Positions 17,703 to 25,648 of a DNA stretch of 30,655 nt are shown here, one piece after another. A program made the position numbers and the translations under genes. The notes below the pieces were generated by a model. The model worked only from the letters and a program-made list of their open reading frames with translations, was not told where the DNA came from and did no database searches. The stretch is from a virus (Duplodnaviria; Caudoviricetes): positions 1 to 30,655 of the IMG/VR virus record IMGVR_UViG_3300005805_000311. One strand, given 5' to 3'. Positions within the stretch are counted from its first letter, which is position 1, and each line of letters opens with the position of its first letter.

Positions 17703-17996
17703 ATGACAAACACCAAAAATTACTTCGCCATGTACACTCAGGAAGGCAATGATGAGGTCGCTCGTCTTGCCGAAAAAATGCTCGCCGATTGCATGATCGT
17801 TGCCAAAAGCATTGATCACGTCGTTCACGCTTGGGAGCAATACGTCAAAAGCGAACACCAAGAGTTCTGCAGCAAGCACAGCGAATACTCCGACACGGCA
17901 GTTCGTGAAGTGATGTATTCGTTTTTCGAGAAGCGTTTGGGTGAAGCAAAGTTCACCAATGCCACGCCAGAAAACACACCGTTATTGCGCTCGTAG
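17703..17996 (+). CDS. Hypothetical protein, leaderless
   Basis: ATG 17703 at +1 of promoter copy 17668; FAMYTQEGN..V and DTAVRE motifs. Confidence 0.7.
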   Translation: MTNTKNYFAMYTQEGNDEVARLAEKMLADCMIVAKSIDHVVHAWEQYVKSEHQEFCSKHSEYSDTAVREVMYSFFEKRLGEAKFTNATPENTPLLRS

Positions 17997-18020
17997 ATTA
18001 CGAAAGGACATACTTGACTT

Positions 18021-18173
18021 ATGTTTAATCCAGACCTACTCACACCAAGCGAGCGCCAAGAGATTTTGGATCTCTGCGCGAGCATTCAAAGACAATGTGC
18101 CGAACTGAGAGAGACACTCAACACTCAAGATGCGGCAGTGAATAAAGTTTTAACAATGACAAAGGAGAACTAA
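18021..18173 (+). CDS. Small protein, 50 aa, leaderless (MFNPDLLTPSERQEIL...)
   Basis: ATG at +1 of promoter copy 17986, TAATG coupling to the next gene. Not in the track. Confidence 0.65.
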   Translation: MFNPDLLTPSERQEILDLCASIQRQCAELRETLNTQDAAVNKVLTMTKEN

Positions 18174-18538
18174 TGGGTGCAGATCTGATAGTTGCAATTT
18201 GCGAAATGAAAGTCAGCAAAGATGAGGCCCTAAAGAGGGCAAGCAAACTTGTTGATGACGATTTGGCCGGCTTGATTCAAACTCTCGATGAATGGGGAGT
18301 TGGGCCTTACGTTGGCACTGTGGAAGTTCCAGCAAAAGATGAAGTCGTGGGATATCTGCGCGACCAAGTTGAGATCGTCTACTCGTATATGCAGCGACGC
18401 GACTGCGTTCCGCTTCATATCGAGGGCAAAACTTTTGCTCTCACGGGTGGAATGTCTTACGGCGATACCCCAACGGATGCCTACGATGCATTTTCGGTAT
18501 GCTCTTCTTTGAACCTGACTGACGGAGGCTTTGAATGA
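18173..18538 (+). CDS. Hypothetical phage protein
   Basis: MGAD...TGGMSYGD.PT motif, AAGGAG RBS. Confidence 0.75.
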   Translation: MGADLIVAICEMKVSKDEALKRASKLVDDDLAGLIQTLDEWGVGPYVGTVEVPAKDEVVGYLRDQVEIVYSYMQRRDCVPLHIEGKTFALTGGMSYGDTPTDAYDAFSVCSSLNLTDGGFE

Positions 18539-18840
18539 TTGACGAAAAAATTACACCAAACCCAGCACTACACGTCTGGCTTGATGCTCCCGGAATTTGG
18601 GATGAGCTCGTTCATATCACCGATCCAGATATGGGCAACTCGAGTGAGCTTAGGCTCGCTGCTGAATATCTAATGAGCAGAAAACCAGAAGAGATAGAGT
18701 TGGTTGGTTGGATGGTAATGCAGGATGACGCAATATGGGATTCGCTAAACCTGTCTATCCGGGAAGCGATAATGCGGGTCGCAAGCGATCTTCGACGGGC
18801 CGATGAGCAGGTGCTATCATCGGATGATGGGCAAAACTAA
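18535..18840 (+). CDS. Hypothetical protein
   Basis: ATGA overlap, GGAGG RBS. Confidence 0.7.
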   Translation: MIDEKITPNPALHVWLDAPGIWDELVHITDPDMGNSSELRLAAEYLMSRKPEEIELVGWMVMQDDAIWDSLNLSIREAIMRVASDLRRADEQVLSSDDGQN

Positions 18841-19213
18841 CCACAAACTAAAACCAGATACCGAAACAGTTCGACTCAACTATGACGAACTAGAAGTTGC
18901 ACTGGTTGCTCTGTCAATAAGGCAAGAAGAGTTGCGCGAGGCTCGCTTACCAGAGAACAGCAACGAACTAGAAACTCTCTGGTACATATGCGACAAAATG
19001 GATTTTGCGCAACGCAACTTGGAATCCAAAATGACTCGACAAGTTTCGGAATGGTTGAAGACTGTTGACAAAACGAGCAACGGGTTTACCAAAAAAACCA
19101 AAAGGGATCCAAGCAGAGTCAAGGCCAGCCCAAAAAAAGCCAAGCCCGATAAAGCGACCCCCGGCAAACGTCCGGGAATATTTGCTCGACTGTCTCAGAT
19201 CACCCGGCTTTAA
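18827..19213 (+). CDS. Hypothetical protein with basic tail
   Basis: TGcTATCAT-N6-ATG 18827 suggests a leaderless start from an extended -10. Confidence 0.6.
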   Translation: MGKTNHKLKPDTETVRLNYDELEVALVALSIRQEELREARLPENSNELETLWYICDKMDFAQRNLESKMTRQVSEWLKTVDKTSNGFTKKTKRDPSRVKASPKKAKPDKATPGKRPGIFARLSQITRL

Positions 19214-19254
19214 GCCGGCCCCTTTACCTAATGACGGTGGAGGATGAGGTTGGC

Positions 19255-19488
19255 CTAGAAGGGCTGAGTCTCAAAGTCTGCGTCAATGAGAGTGCTTTCT
19301 AGGTTCTTCCAACCATAGTGATCCACTATTAAGTCAATGGCCGCTTTGAGGGCATCTTCCTTCCACTCTTCGTCTTCGTCCTCATCGATTGGTCCCGGAA
19401 CGGTGACGCTCACGCGCATGACGTAATAGTCACCGATCAGGCTTACCTCTACTTCTGCTTGCTCTGTTGTTTTTTGTGCTTTGGTCAT
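19255..19488 (-). CDS. Acidic hypothetical protein, leaderless
   Basis: ATG at +1 of promoter copy 19510. Confidence 0.7.
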   Translation of the reverse strand: MTKAQKTTEQAEVEVSLIGDYYVMRVSVTVPGPIDEDEDEEWKEDALKAAIDLIVDHYGWKNLESTLIDADFETQPF

Positions 19489-19530
19489 ACCTAAACCTTA
19501 GGCAGGATCAATCCTTTAGCGCGAGCGTAG

Positions 19531-19989
19531 TTATCGCTCTACTGATCCGATTGCTCGGACATTTATTTTCTCGGCTTGTTGGCGCATCTTGACGTACTTT
19601 TTGTAGCGCAACTTTGCCCCTGAGGCTTCTTTGCTTATCGCTTGAGCCCTACGGCTACGACGCTTTGATAGGTCGGCCTTGTGCATGGCTCGGTTCATTA
19701 CATTCTCGCGCTTTGTCGTTTGATTCTCGACATGCTGCTTTCGCCACTTAACCATGTCTGCGACGTTGTAAACGAAACTCAGGCCACCTACTCGTCCACC
19801 GACAATGGCGACTGGCTTTGGGGCCACGACATTACTTGTCTTGATGGCATTGTTTAAACGCATGACTTTAGTTTTCGGATTGCCATGCATAAGGGCGCCG
19901 GCCATTTCGCCAATGGTTGCTGTGCCTTTTGGGTGATCGCCATATCTATATACGGGCCACATTTCTGCACTGTTATGTATCTTTTTCAT
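19531..19989 (-). CDS. Basic protein, possible AlpA/excisionase-like DNA-binding domain
   Basis: TIGEMA...PKPV......VYNVADMVKW plus an Arg/Lys-rich helix, AAGGAGG RBS. Confidence 0.55.
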   Translation of the reverse strand: MKKIHNSAEMWPVYRYGDHPKGTATIGEMAGALMHGNPKTKVMRLNNAIKTSNVVAPKPVAIVGGRVGGLSFVYNVADMVKWRKQHVENQTTKRENVMNRAMHKADLSKRRSRRAQAISKEASGAKLRYKKYVKMRQQAEKINVRAIGSVER

Positions 19990-20044
19990 TAACCCTCCTT
20001 TGAGTTAAGTTAATCCTATTGGTAGGTTGCTTACTTAACAACCC

Positions 20045-20512
20045 CTACCAAGAGGAATGGTAATCGAACTCCCACTCATCGGGCATAGATAAGGCACTAT
20101 CAACGATCTCAATAGTTTCTTTGATGCCACTAAAGTACCATTCGTCATAGTCAGTCCCACCAAAGAAGAAACCCTCCATGCTAGGGAGCAGGTCGTCTGC
20201 TTGCTTGGGATCGGCGAGAACCTTGAGACACAAGGCCTTCAGTTCTTCTAGTTTCTCGCGCCCGACATACGAAGTGCGGCAGTCGTCCTCACCGTTCTGG
20301 CAGTTGTCCACGAACCATTTGTGGATCGCATTCTGTTTTCGCCAGTAGCCGACACTGACTTCAAGATAGATATGCGGCAGATCAACTTTGTCAATCACTG
20401 TGCCGACACCAGACAATTGCTTGAGTTTGGCAAACTCTTGTCGGGCGGCTTCCCCTCGCCACTCAACATCTGAATGATATTTCTTGGCCGATAGATACAT
20501 GTCTAAACCCAT
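20045..20512 (-). CDS. Conserved phage protein (MGLDMYL..YWRK.NAIH.WF..GFFFG..Y.SSW)
   Basis: Recurrent phage family motifs, AAGGAG RBS, promoter copy 20560. Confidence 0.85.
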   Translation of the reverse strand: MGLDMYLSAKKYHSDVEWRGEAARQEFAKLKQLSGVGTVIDKVDLPHIYLEVSVGYWRKQNAIHKWFVDNCQNGEDDCRTSYVGREKLEELKALCLKVLADPKQADDLLPSMEGFFFGGTDYDEWYFSGIKETIEIVDSALSMPDEWEFDYHSSW

Positions 20513-20557
20513 AACTATTCTCCTTTGTAGTAGTAGTTGCTTAAAGAATAACCGTGA

Positions 20558-20764
20558 TCAATCTGTTGGCGCATTAATGCCGGCGATAAGGAAGTTCACC
20601 GAAACATTTGACACCTCAATATCGGCATCTATTAGTTCGCCGTCCTCATCTGTGATCTGAGGTTCTTCGACCTGAACAGCGACTGCTCGCTCGAGTTCGC
20701 TCATCTCGTCTGCTGTCATTGCTCGCGACGCAAGAAACGAAACCATTATTTTGTGCTCAATCAT
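20558..20764 (-). CDS. Small acidic protein
   Basis: Overlaps the upstream stop, ends within a promoter copy. Confidence 0.65.
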   Translation of the reverse strand: MIEHKIMVSFLASRAMTADEMSELERAVAVQVEEPQITDEDGELIDADIEVSNVSVNFLIAGINAPTD

Positions 20765-21020
20765 TTGCCCTTCTCTCTTCTAGGGATACTGCCACTTGGT
20801 TGTTTATTATCTGTGCCATTACGGCCTCAGAAATAAGTTCGCTGCAAGAATCCGTACCCGGAATCAAGCCATCAAGTTCCTTCACAACCTGACCCCACAC
20901 TTCATTCCCTGAATCAAGACCGAAGTGTTCGGCAAGGTAATACTGGTAGAGGACTGGTTCATCCAAGTCCTCGACCTTAAACAAGTGTTCAATGAGTTGT
21001 CTAACGGTTGTTGTTGTCAT
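20757..21020 (-). CDS. Hypothetical protein, leaderless
   Basis: ATG 21020 at +1 of promoter copy 21042. Confidence 0.7.
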   Translation of the reverse strand: MTTTTVRQLIEHLFKVEDLDEPVLYQYYLAEHFGLDSGNEVWGQVVKELDGLIPGTDSCSELISEAVMAQIINNQVAVSLEERRAND

Positions 21021-21024
21021 ACCT

Positions 21025-21402
21025 TTAGTATTCCTCGTCGTCATCTGTAGGCGCGTCCTCTACAGGATCAGTCATTCCTGAGAAGTCCACGAACAGGCCC
21101 TCAACTGTTCCTTCACCATCAATTATCTGAAACACTGGGAAGCAACCATCGCCATGAGCTGTTCGAGAAGCGACACCCTGAGTTCCTGATCCGATCTCAG
21201 CACCACCATTTTCTCCGAGTGTTGCTGCACAAGCACCCGAATAAGAATAGTTGAGTGGGGCATCAACGGAATCAAACTCGTCAGCCTTCCAACCGTCGAG
21301 ATAGCAAGGGTCGGTAATCATTACTTGACCACTATCTACGCCGACGTGTCCGATCAGCCGAAGTGTTTTTCCCGATATGTCTATTGTGAGTTGTTTTGTC
21401 AT
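21025..21402 (-). CDS. DUF4241-like protein, leaderless
   Basis: VGVDSGQ....DPCY and T..GDG.FPV motifs. Confidence 0.7.
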   Translation of the reverse strand: MTKQLTIDISGKTLRLIGHVGVDSGQVMITDPCYLDGWKADEFDSVDAPLNYSYSGACAATLGENGGAEIGSGTQGVASRTAHGDGCFPVFQIIDGEGTVEGLFVDFSGMTDPVEDAPTDDDEEY

Positions 21403-21498
21403 AACCTCAGTTTTGCTGGCCTTAATCCTTTGGCGCGATCTATCGCGCTGAGAGATTGAGGGCCGGCATACTGATAAGACAACCCATAAGGAGGGGAA

Positions 21499-21783
21499 AT
21501 GAATATCAACATCACAGACATTAATTCTGCAGCGATCTCATCGTTGCGATACGAAGCGGTCGGCGCACGATACGACGACCTCACCCAAGTCGGCAATTTG
21601 ATCGTGACATTCAAGACGGGTGGCTCATACGCCTACCACAATGTCAGTGTCGCAACTATCCGTGAAGTTCTCTCGAGTGCTTCAATTGGATCGGCAATTG
21701 CCAAAGTCGTTCGCCCTGCTCACTCGTTCACCAAGTTGAGCGATGCAGTGGTCGCGCCAACAGATGAAGTCGTGGCAAAGTAA
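21499..21783 (+). CDS. KTSC-domain protein, paralog of 16324-16572
   Basis: Identical MNINITDINSAAI start, colinear similarity throughout. Confidence 0.8.
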   Translation: MNINITDINSAAISSLRYEAVGARYDDLTQVGNLIVTFKTGGSYAYHNVSVATIREVLSSASIGSAIAKVVRPAHSFTKLSDAVVAPTDEVVAK

Positions 21784-21788
21784 TAGCC

Positions 21789-22064
21789 ATGACCAAACGA
21801 TTCGTAACCGACAACTTCAGAGAGCCTACCCTCATCACTCAAGATGGAGGTAGTGTCTCTATCTCATACGGCGATCTCACCGACACCGTATCTGACGACC
21901 ACTATCCATATGGCGCGATCAAAGTGTCATATGAATTTGAGGGCAAGGCCGGCAATAAGTTATTTATCGGCGAGACAGCTCACCACGATGCAACTCGTTG
22001 GCTCAACGATGCCATCGGCTGGCCCAACCCATTCGCCTATGAAGTTCATATGGTGCTGCAATGA
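21789..22064 (+). CDS. Hypothetical protein, near-leaderless
   Basis: Promoter copy 21753, F.GETA..DA.RW..D motif. Confidence 0.7.
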   Translation: MTKRFVTDNFREPTLITQDGGSVSISYGDLTDTVSDDHYPYGAIKVSYEFEGKAGNKLFIGETAHHDATRWLNDAIGWPNPFAYEVHMVLQ

Positions 22065-22261
22065 ACTCAGGCGAACTCGAGGAGATGAAAAAGTTGATGG
22101 TAGTCATCAACTCAAATCCGGAAAACCGTTGCCCTATCTGTAAAGATGAGTTCTCGACTGCGAGCAACTATCAGCCAGTGTGGTCGGACTACTACGACAA
22201 CATCGTATGCAAAGACTGCAATGAGATGATAGGTCGAGACACTGAATGCGGGTTCGCATGA
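22061..22261 (+). CDS. Small Zn-finger protein
   Basis: CPIC...CKDC, ATGA overlap. Confidence 0.65.
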   Translation: MNSGELEEMKKLMVVINSNPENRCPICKDEFSTASNYQPVWSDYYDNIVCKDCNEMIGRDTECGFA

Positions 22262-22440
22262 CCAAGTGGAATGCGATCTTTACTGCCACTGGTGGAATAG
22301 TCGTGCTTACCGTTGAGGCCGAGGATGACGAAGCCGCAATTTCTGTAGCACTTGAGATGGGACTAGAACAATTTGGCTGGGACCTGAGTAACTTTAATGT
22401 CGAGGTTCTCCCGGCCTACGACTCGGACTCTCTCTTATGA
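22258..22440 (+). CDS. Small acidic protein
   Basis: ATGA overlap at 22258, VEAEDDEAA motif. Confidence 0.65.
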   Translation: MTKWNAIFTATGGIVVLTVEAEDDEAAISVALEMGLEQFGWDLSNFNVEVLPAYDSDSLL

Positions 22441-22700
22441 TTCTGACTAAACGCGATGGCTCGCCTGCACCGACACACCTGAAGGTATCCCGAGAGTGGA
22501 CCTACGACGTCGTCGAAGCTGGCCTGGCTCTGTCCGAGTTCACCGATCACCCGGTCTACTACGAGGACGTGCTCGACATGATCCATGGCTGGATACACGA
22601 GGATGCCCGCGAGCCAGTCGGCGAGAACCTGCCGGCCATTCAGGAGGTGTATGTGACAGACGACACAGCACAGGAACAGAATTCCGGTTCGTCACACTGA
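22437..22700 (+). CDS. Hypothetical protein
   Basis: ATGA overlap. Confidence 0.65.
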   Translation: MILTKRDGSPAPTHLKVSREWTYDVVEAGLALSEFTDHPVYYEDVLDMIHGWIHEDAREPVGENLPAIQEVYVTDDTAQEQNSGSSH

Positions 22701-22794
22701 GTAGGTATAAACCCTCAGAGATATTTACTAATTGACGGTGGAGGATGACAACTCTGTCGTTACCATTAAGGAAACAAAGACCTAAGGAGGTCGT

Positions 22795-23667
22795 ATGAAA
22801 AAGCAAGAAACACCAACAAAGACACAGTCATTTGAGCGTATCGCCTCGGAACCCACTGCGATATTCCTAGACATAACTCCAGCTATTGCTGCAGAGATGC
22901 TGGAACACAACACAAACAATAGAGGTCTGCGTCGTCGTCGCGTCTCAAGTCTCGCTCAGGAAATGTCGCGCAAACAATGGCTGACCACTGGCGAGGCGAT
23001 CAAGTTTGATGTCAAGGGCGTATTGATTGATGGCCAACACAGACTTGAGGGTTGCGTCGAGTCAAAGACAACTCTCAAACAGCAACTTGTAGTAACAGGC
23101 CTATCTCAAGAGTCGTTCGCAGTTATTGACTCAGGAATGAAGCGAACAGCGAATGACATTCTCTCCTCTGCTGGAATTGCAAATGGTTCAGCAATTGCTC
23201 CAGTTGCAAAACTGGTCGGAGTTATTGAGGCCGGCTTCAATCCGTATCGCGCCGATGTCAGACAACTCATCACGCGCCAAGATATTGTTTCGTGGAGTGA
23301 GGAAAATCTTGAGACAATTGATTGGGCAATAAGACTCTCTCGAACCGTCTACGACTCTGCTGGTCTGGGTAATCGCACTGCACTAATCACACTTGCGATC
23401 CTCGCAGAAAAGAATGGACACAGCAAAGAAAAAATTGAGCAGTTCTTTGCCGCGCTGAGTTCAGGTGAAGGCCTTACTGCTTCATCGCCAGTGCTTGCAT
23501 TGCGTTCGTGGTTAATTAAGTCAGGCGCAAAGCTTGGTGCTAACTCATCAGTTATTCATTTGGCTAACTGCACAGTTGCATTTAACAACTGGACACAAGG
23601 CAAGATCGTTCGACGACACTCGCCTCTTGGCCCTAACCACGAGTTACCAGCACTAATCAAGGCATAA
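22795..23667 (+). CDS. ParB-like N-terminal (DGQHR) domain protein
   Basis: ITP..A..ML..N..NR....M....W...GE.I.F....LIDGQHRL, AAGGAGG RBS. Confidence 0.8.
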   Translation: MKKQETPTKTQSFERIASEPTAIFLDITPAIAAEMLEHNTNNRGLRRRRVSSLAQEMSRKQWLTTGEAIKFDVKGVLIDGQHRLEGCVESKTTLKQQLVVTGLSQESFAVIDSGMKRTANDILSSAGIANGSAIAPVAKLVGVIEAGFNPYRADVRQLITRQDIVSWSEENLETIDWAIRLSRTVYDSAGLGNRTALITLAILAEKNGHSKEKIEQFFAALSSGEGLTASSPVLALRSWLIKSGAKLGANSSVIHLANCTVAFNNWTQGKIVRRHSPLGPNHELPALIKA

Positions 23668-23734
23668 GGTTTATTCGCGCCAATAGATTGGTGCTACATA
23701 GAGTCTTGCTTAACTACTACCAAAGGAGACAATA

Positions 23735-24274
23735 ATGGGTTACTACGTTAACACCGAAGATATCAACATCAGCATTCCCAAGGACTTGCTAGAACCTGCC
23801 TATAAAGCAGTCCTAGCAATGAATGAGAATGACGAGATCAAGCGAGGCGGCTCACACGGTCCGAACTCAGAGCGTAAGTTCTGGTTCTCGTGGATGCCAG
23901 AAGACTTGTCAACGCTCCCTGACCTCAAAGCAGTAATGCTGGACCTTGGGTTCGAGGACACTGACTACAACGAGAATGGCGACCTTATTCTCGGACACTA
24001 CAACAACAAGACTGGACAAGAAGATTTGTTCCTTTACTTTGTTGCACCATTTGTCCAAGAAGGTTCGTATGCCATCTGGAAGGGCGAGGACAACGAGTTC
24101 TGGAAATGGGAGTTCAATGATGGCAAGATGCAAGTTATTCCGGGAGAGATGGAAGTAATTTGGAATCATGCTGGTGCTTACACACCGATGGAATCATTTA
24201 AGCGAGTGCAAGAAATGATGTCGCGCATAACGCTGGAAGCGGCTCAGAAAAAAACGGAGGATGCAAATGCCTAA
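23735..24274 (+). CDS. Conserved phage protein
   Basis: MGY...K.GQE..F...APFV..GSY..W.GED...WKW.F, promoter copy 23676. Confidence 0.8.
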   Translation: MGYYVNTEDINISIPKDLLEPAYKAVLAMNENDEIKRGGSHGPNSERKFWFSWMPEDLSTLPDLKAVMLDLGFEDTDYNENGDLILGHYNNKTGQEDLFLYFVAPFVQEGSYAIWKGEDNEFWKWEFNDGKMQVIPGEMEVIWNHAGAYTPMESFKRVQEMMSRITLEAAQKKTEDANA

Positions 24275-24878
24275 TTGGTGCAACAACAATTTATCGGTGT
24301 GTGGACCGGAATCAGAAGTCCGATCTATTGCCGACAAACTCAAAACAAAAACAGAAGATGGTGAGAATGGTCGCTTGGCCGACTTCATGCCTCAACCAAC
24401 TGACGCCACCGGCGAACTAATTGGTGGAGTCGATTGGCAGTATGAAAACTGGGGAACCAAATGGGGCGACTGCGAAACTGAATTGAGTGATGAGAACTAT
24501 GCAGTTCCAACAATGTCATCTATCTCAATGCACTTCCAAACTCCGTGGGGGCCAGCAAATGGTCTTCTCAAAGAGATCAGCAGACTTCACCCGAATGTCA
24601 CTATCGACAATGAGTATGAGGAACCGGGAATGAACTTCTTTGGTATCGCCCGATACAAAGGTGGCGAGTTGGTAATTGAAGAACACCACGAATATGACTT
24701 CAGTAAAGGTGTCATCAACTTGCCGAATGACTGGAGTATCAACTTTGATACTGATTGGGATGATCCAAAACAAGACCCTTCCGAGACACTTAACGAGGCG
24801 ATCTACACAGCAATGGAACACTTGTGGAGTATGGCCCTACTAAGCGCGCCAACAGATTCAGCCCCCATAGAGTCATAA
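24267..24878 (+). CDS. DUF1281/YubB ferredoxin-like family protein
   Basis: MPNWCNN.L, W..ENWGTKW, F.TPW.P, YEEPG motifs, GGAGG RBS. Confidence 0.8.
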   Translation: MPNWCNNNLSVCGPESEVRSIADKLKTKTEDGENGRLADFMPQPTDATGELIGGVDWQYENWGTKWGDCETELSDENYAVPTMSSISMHFQTPWGPANGLLKEISRLHPNVTIDNEYEEPGMNFFGIARYKGGELVIEEHHEYDFSKGVINLPNDWSINFDTDWDDPKQDPSETLNEAIYTAMEHLWSMALLSAPTDSAPIES

Positions 24879-24916
24879 GTAAGCAATAACAAACCAAACA
24901 AAAGGAGCGACCAATA

Positions 24917-25648
24917 ATGACCACAACAACAAAAGCAAAGTCAGCACTTCCTGAGTGCTGGCAGACAGTTGAGGAGTGCCTCAGTGCAGGCATTGACCGA
25001 CTAATTCTGTTCGGGCCTCCCGGACTCGGCAAGACATATGCAGGCCTCGCCTATGGCGATGTTCAGGCTGGTGCTTACCGATTGATCTGCACTGAAGACA
25101 TGACAACTGCCGATGTCACTGGCTGTTTCATCCCGAATGAAACTGGCACTTTCACTTGGAACTTCGGTTCTGCTCTCAAGGCATGGAAGGGCGATGGCAA
25201 AAAGGGTGGGCGACTTGTCGTAGATGAAATTGACAAGGCTGGTGGCGATGTCGCCGCGACTCTGCTCGCAATGCTTGACACCCCTGAGTCTGCTACTTGG
25301 ACTCACCCGACAACTGGCGAGGTAGTGCGACCGCTTGCAGGATTCTCTGCAGTGATGACTACGAATGTTGAAGATATGAACGAGTTGCCAACCGCGCTCG
25401 CTGATCGCTTCCCTGTTCGAGTTCGCATCAACGAACCACACCCTGATGCTCTCAAGCGACTCTCACCCGACTTGCACAAGTTTGCAATTCGTATGGCAGA
25501 TGCAGGCGAGCGTCGTATCTCACTCAGGGCCTTCTACGACTTTGATCGCCTTCGCACTGAACTTGGCGACAAGCGAGCAAGCGAAATTATCTTCCGTGAG
25601 CGAGCAAGCGACTTGATTGATGCCATCAGAGTGGATGGTGTGTCGTGA
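24917..25648 (+). CDS. MoxR/CbbQ/CobS-like AAA+ ATPase
   Basis: Walker A GPPGLGKT, Walker B LVVDEID, sensor TTN, ALADRF arginine finger. Confidence 0.9.
   Translation: MTTTTKAKSALPECWQTVEECLSAGIDRLILFGPPGLGKTYAGLAYGDVQAGAYRLICTEDMTTADVTGCFIPNETGTFTWNFGSALKAWKGDGKKGGRLVVDEIDKAGGDVAATLLAMLDTPESATWTHPTTGEVVRPLAGFSAVMTTNVEDMNELPTALADRFPVRVRINEPHPDALKRLSPDLHKFAIRMADAGERRISLRAFYDFDRLRTELGDKRASEIIFRERASDLIDAIRVDGVS

Larger units (their letters stand above)
9860..24858. promoter_or_regulatory. Dispersed repeated promoter, 21 copies (YGCGCYNNNRGATK-N9-NANNNT-N6)
   Basis: 14-mer left coordinates. Minus strand: 9860, 11062, 12477, 12965, 13227, 14134, 16252, 16614, 17022, 17626, 19510, 20560, 21042, 21424. 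Plus strand: 14156, 17668, 17986, 21444, 21753, 23676, 24845. Confidence 0.9.

Noticed and set aside
18052-18065. AGCGCCAAGAGATT as an extra promoter copy
   Set aside because: Intragenic, with no NANNNT hexamer 9 nt downstream.
9860-24858. Repeats as a CRISPR array or integron attC sites
   Set aside because: Spacing is gene-sized and irregular, the motif is not palindromic, there are no GTTRRRY cores and no cas or integrase gene. The fixed distance to a -10 hexamer and ATG fits a promoter.
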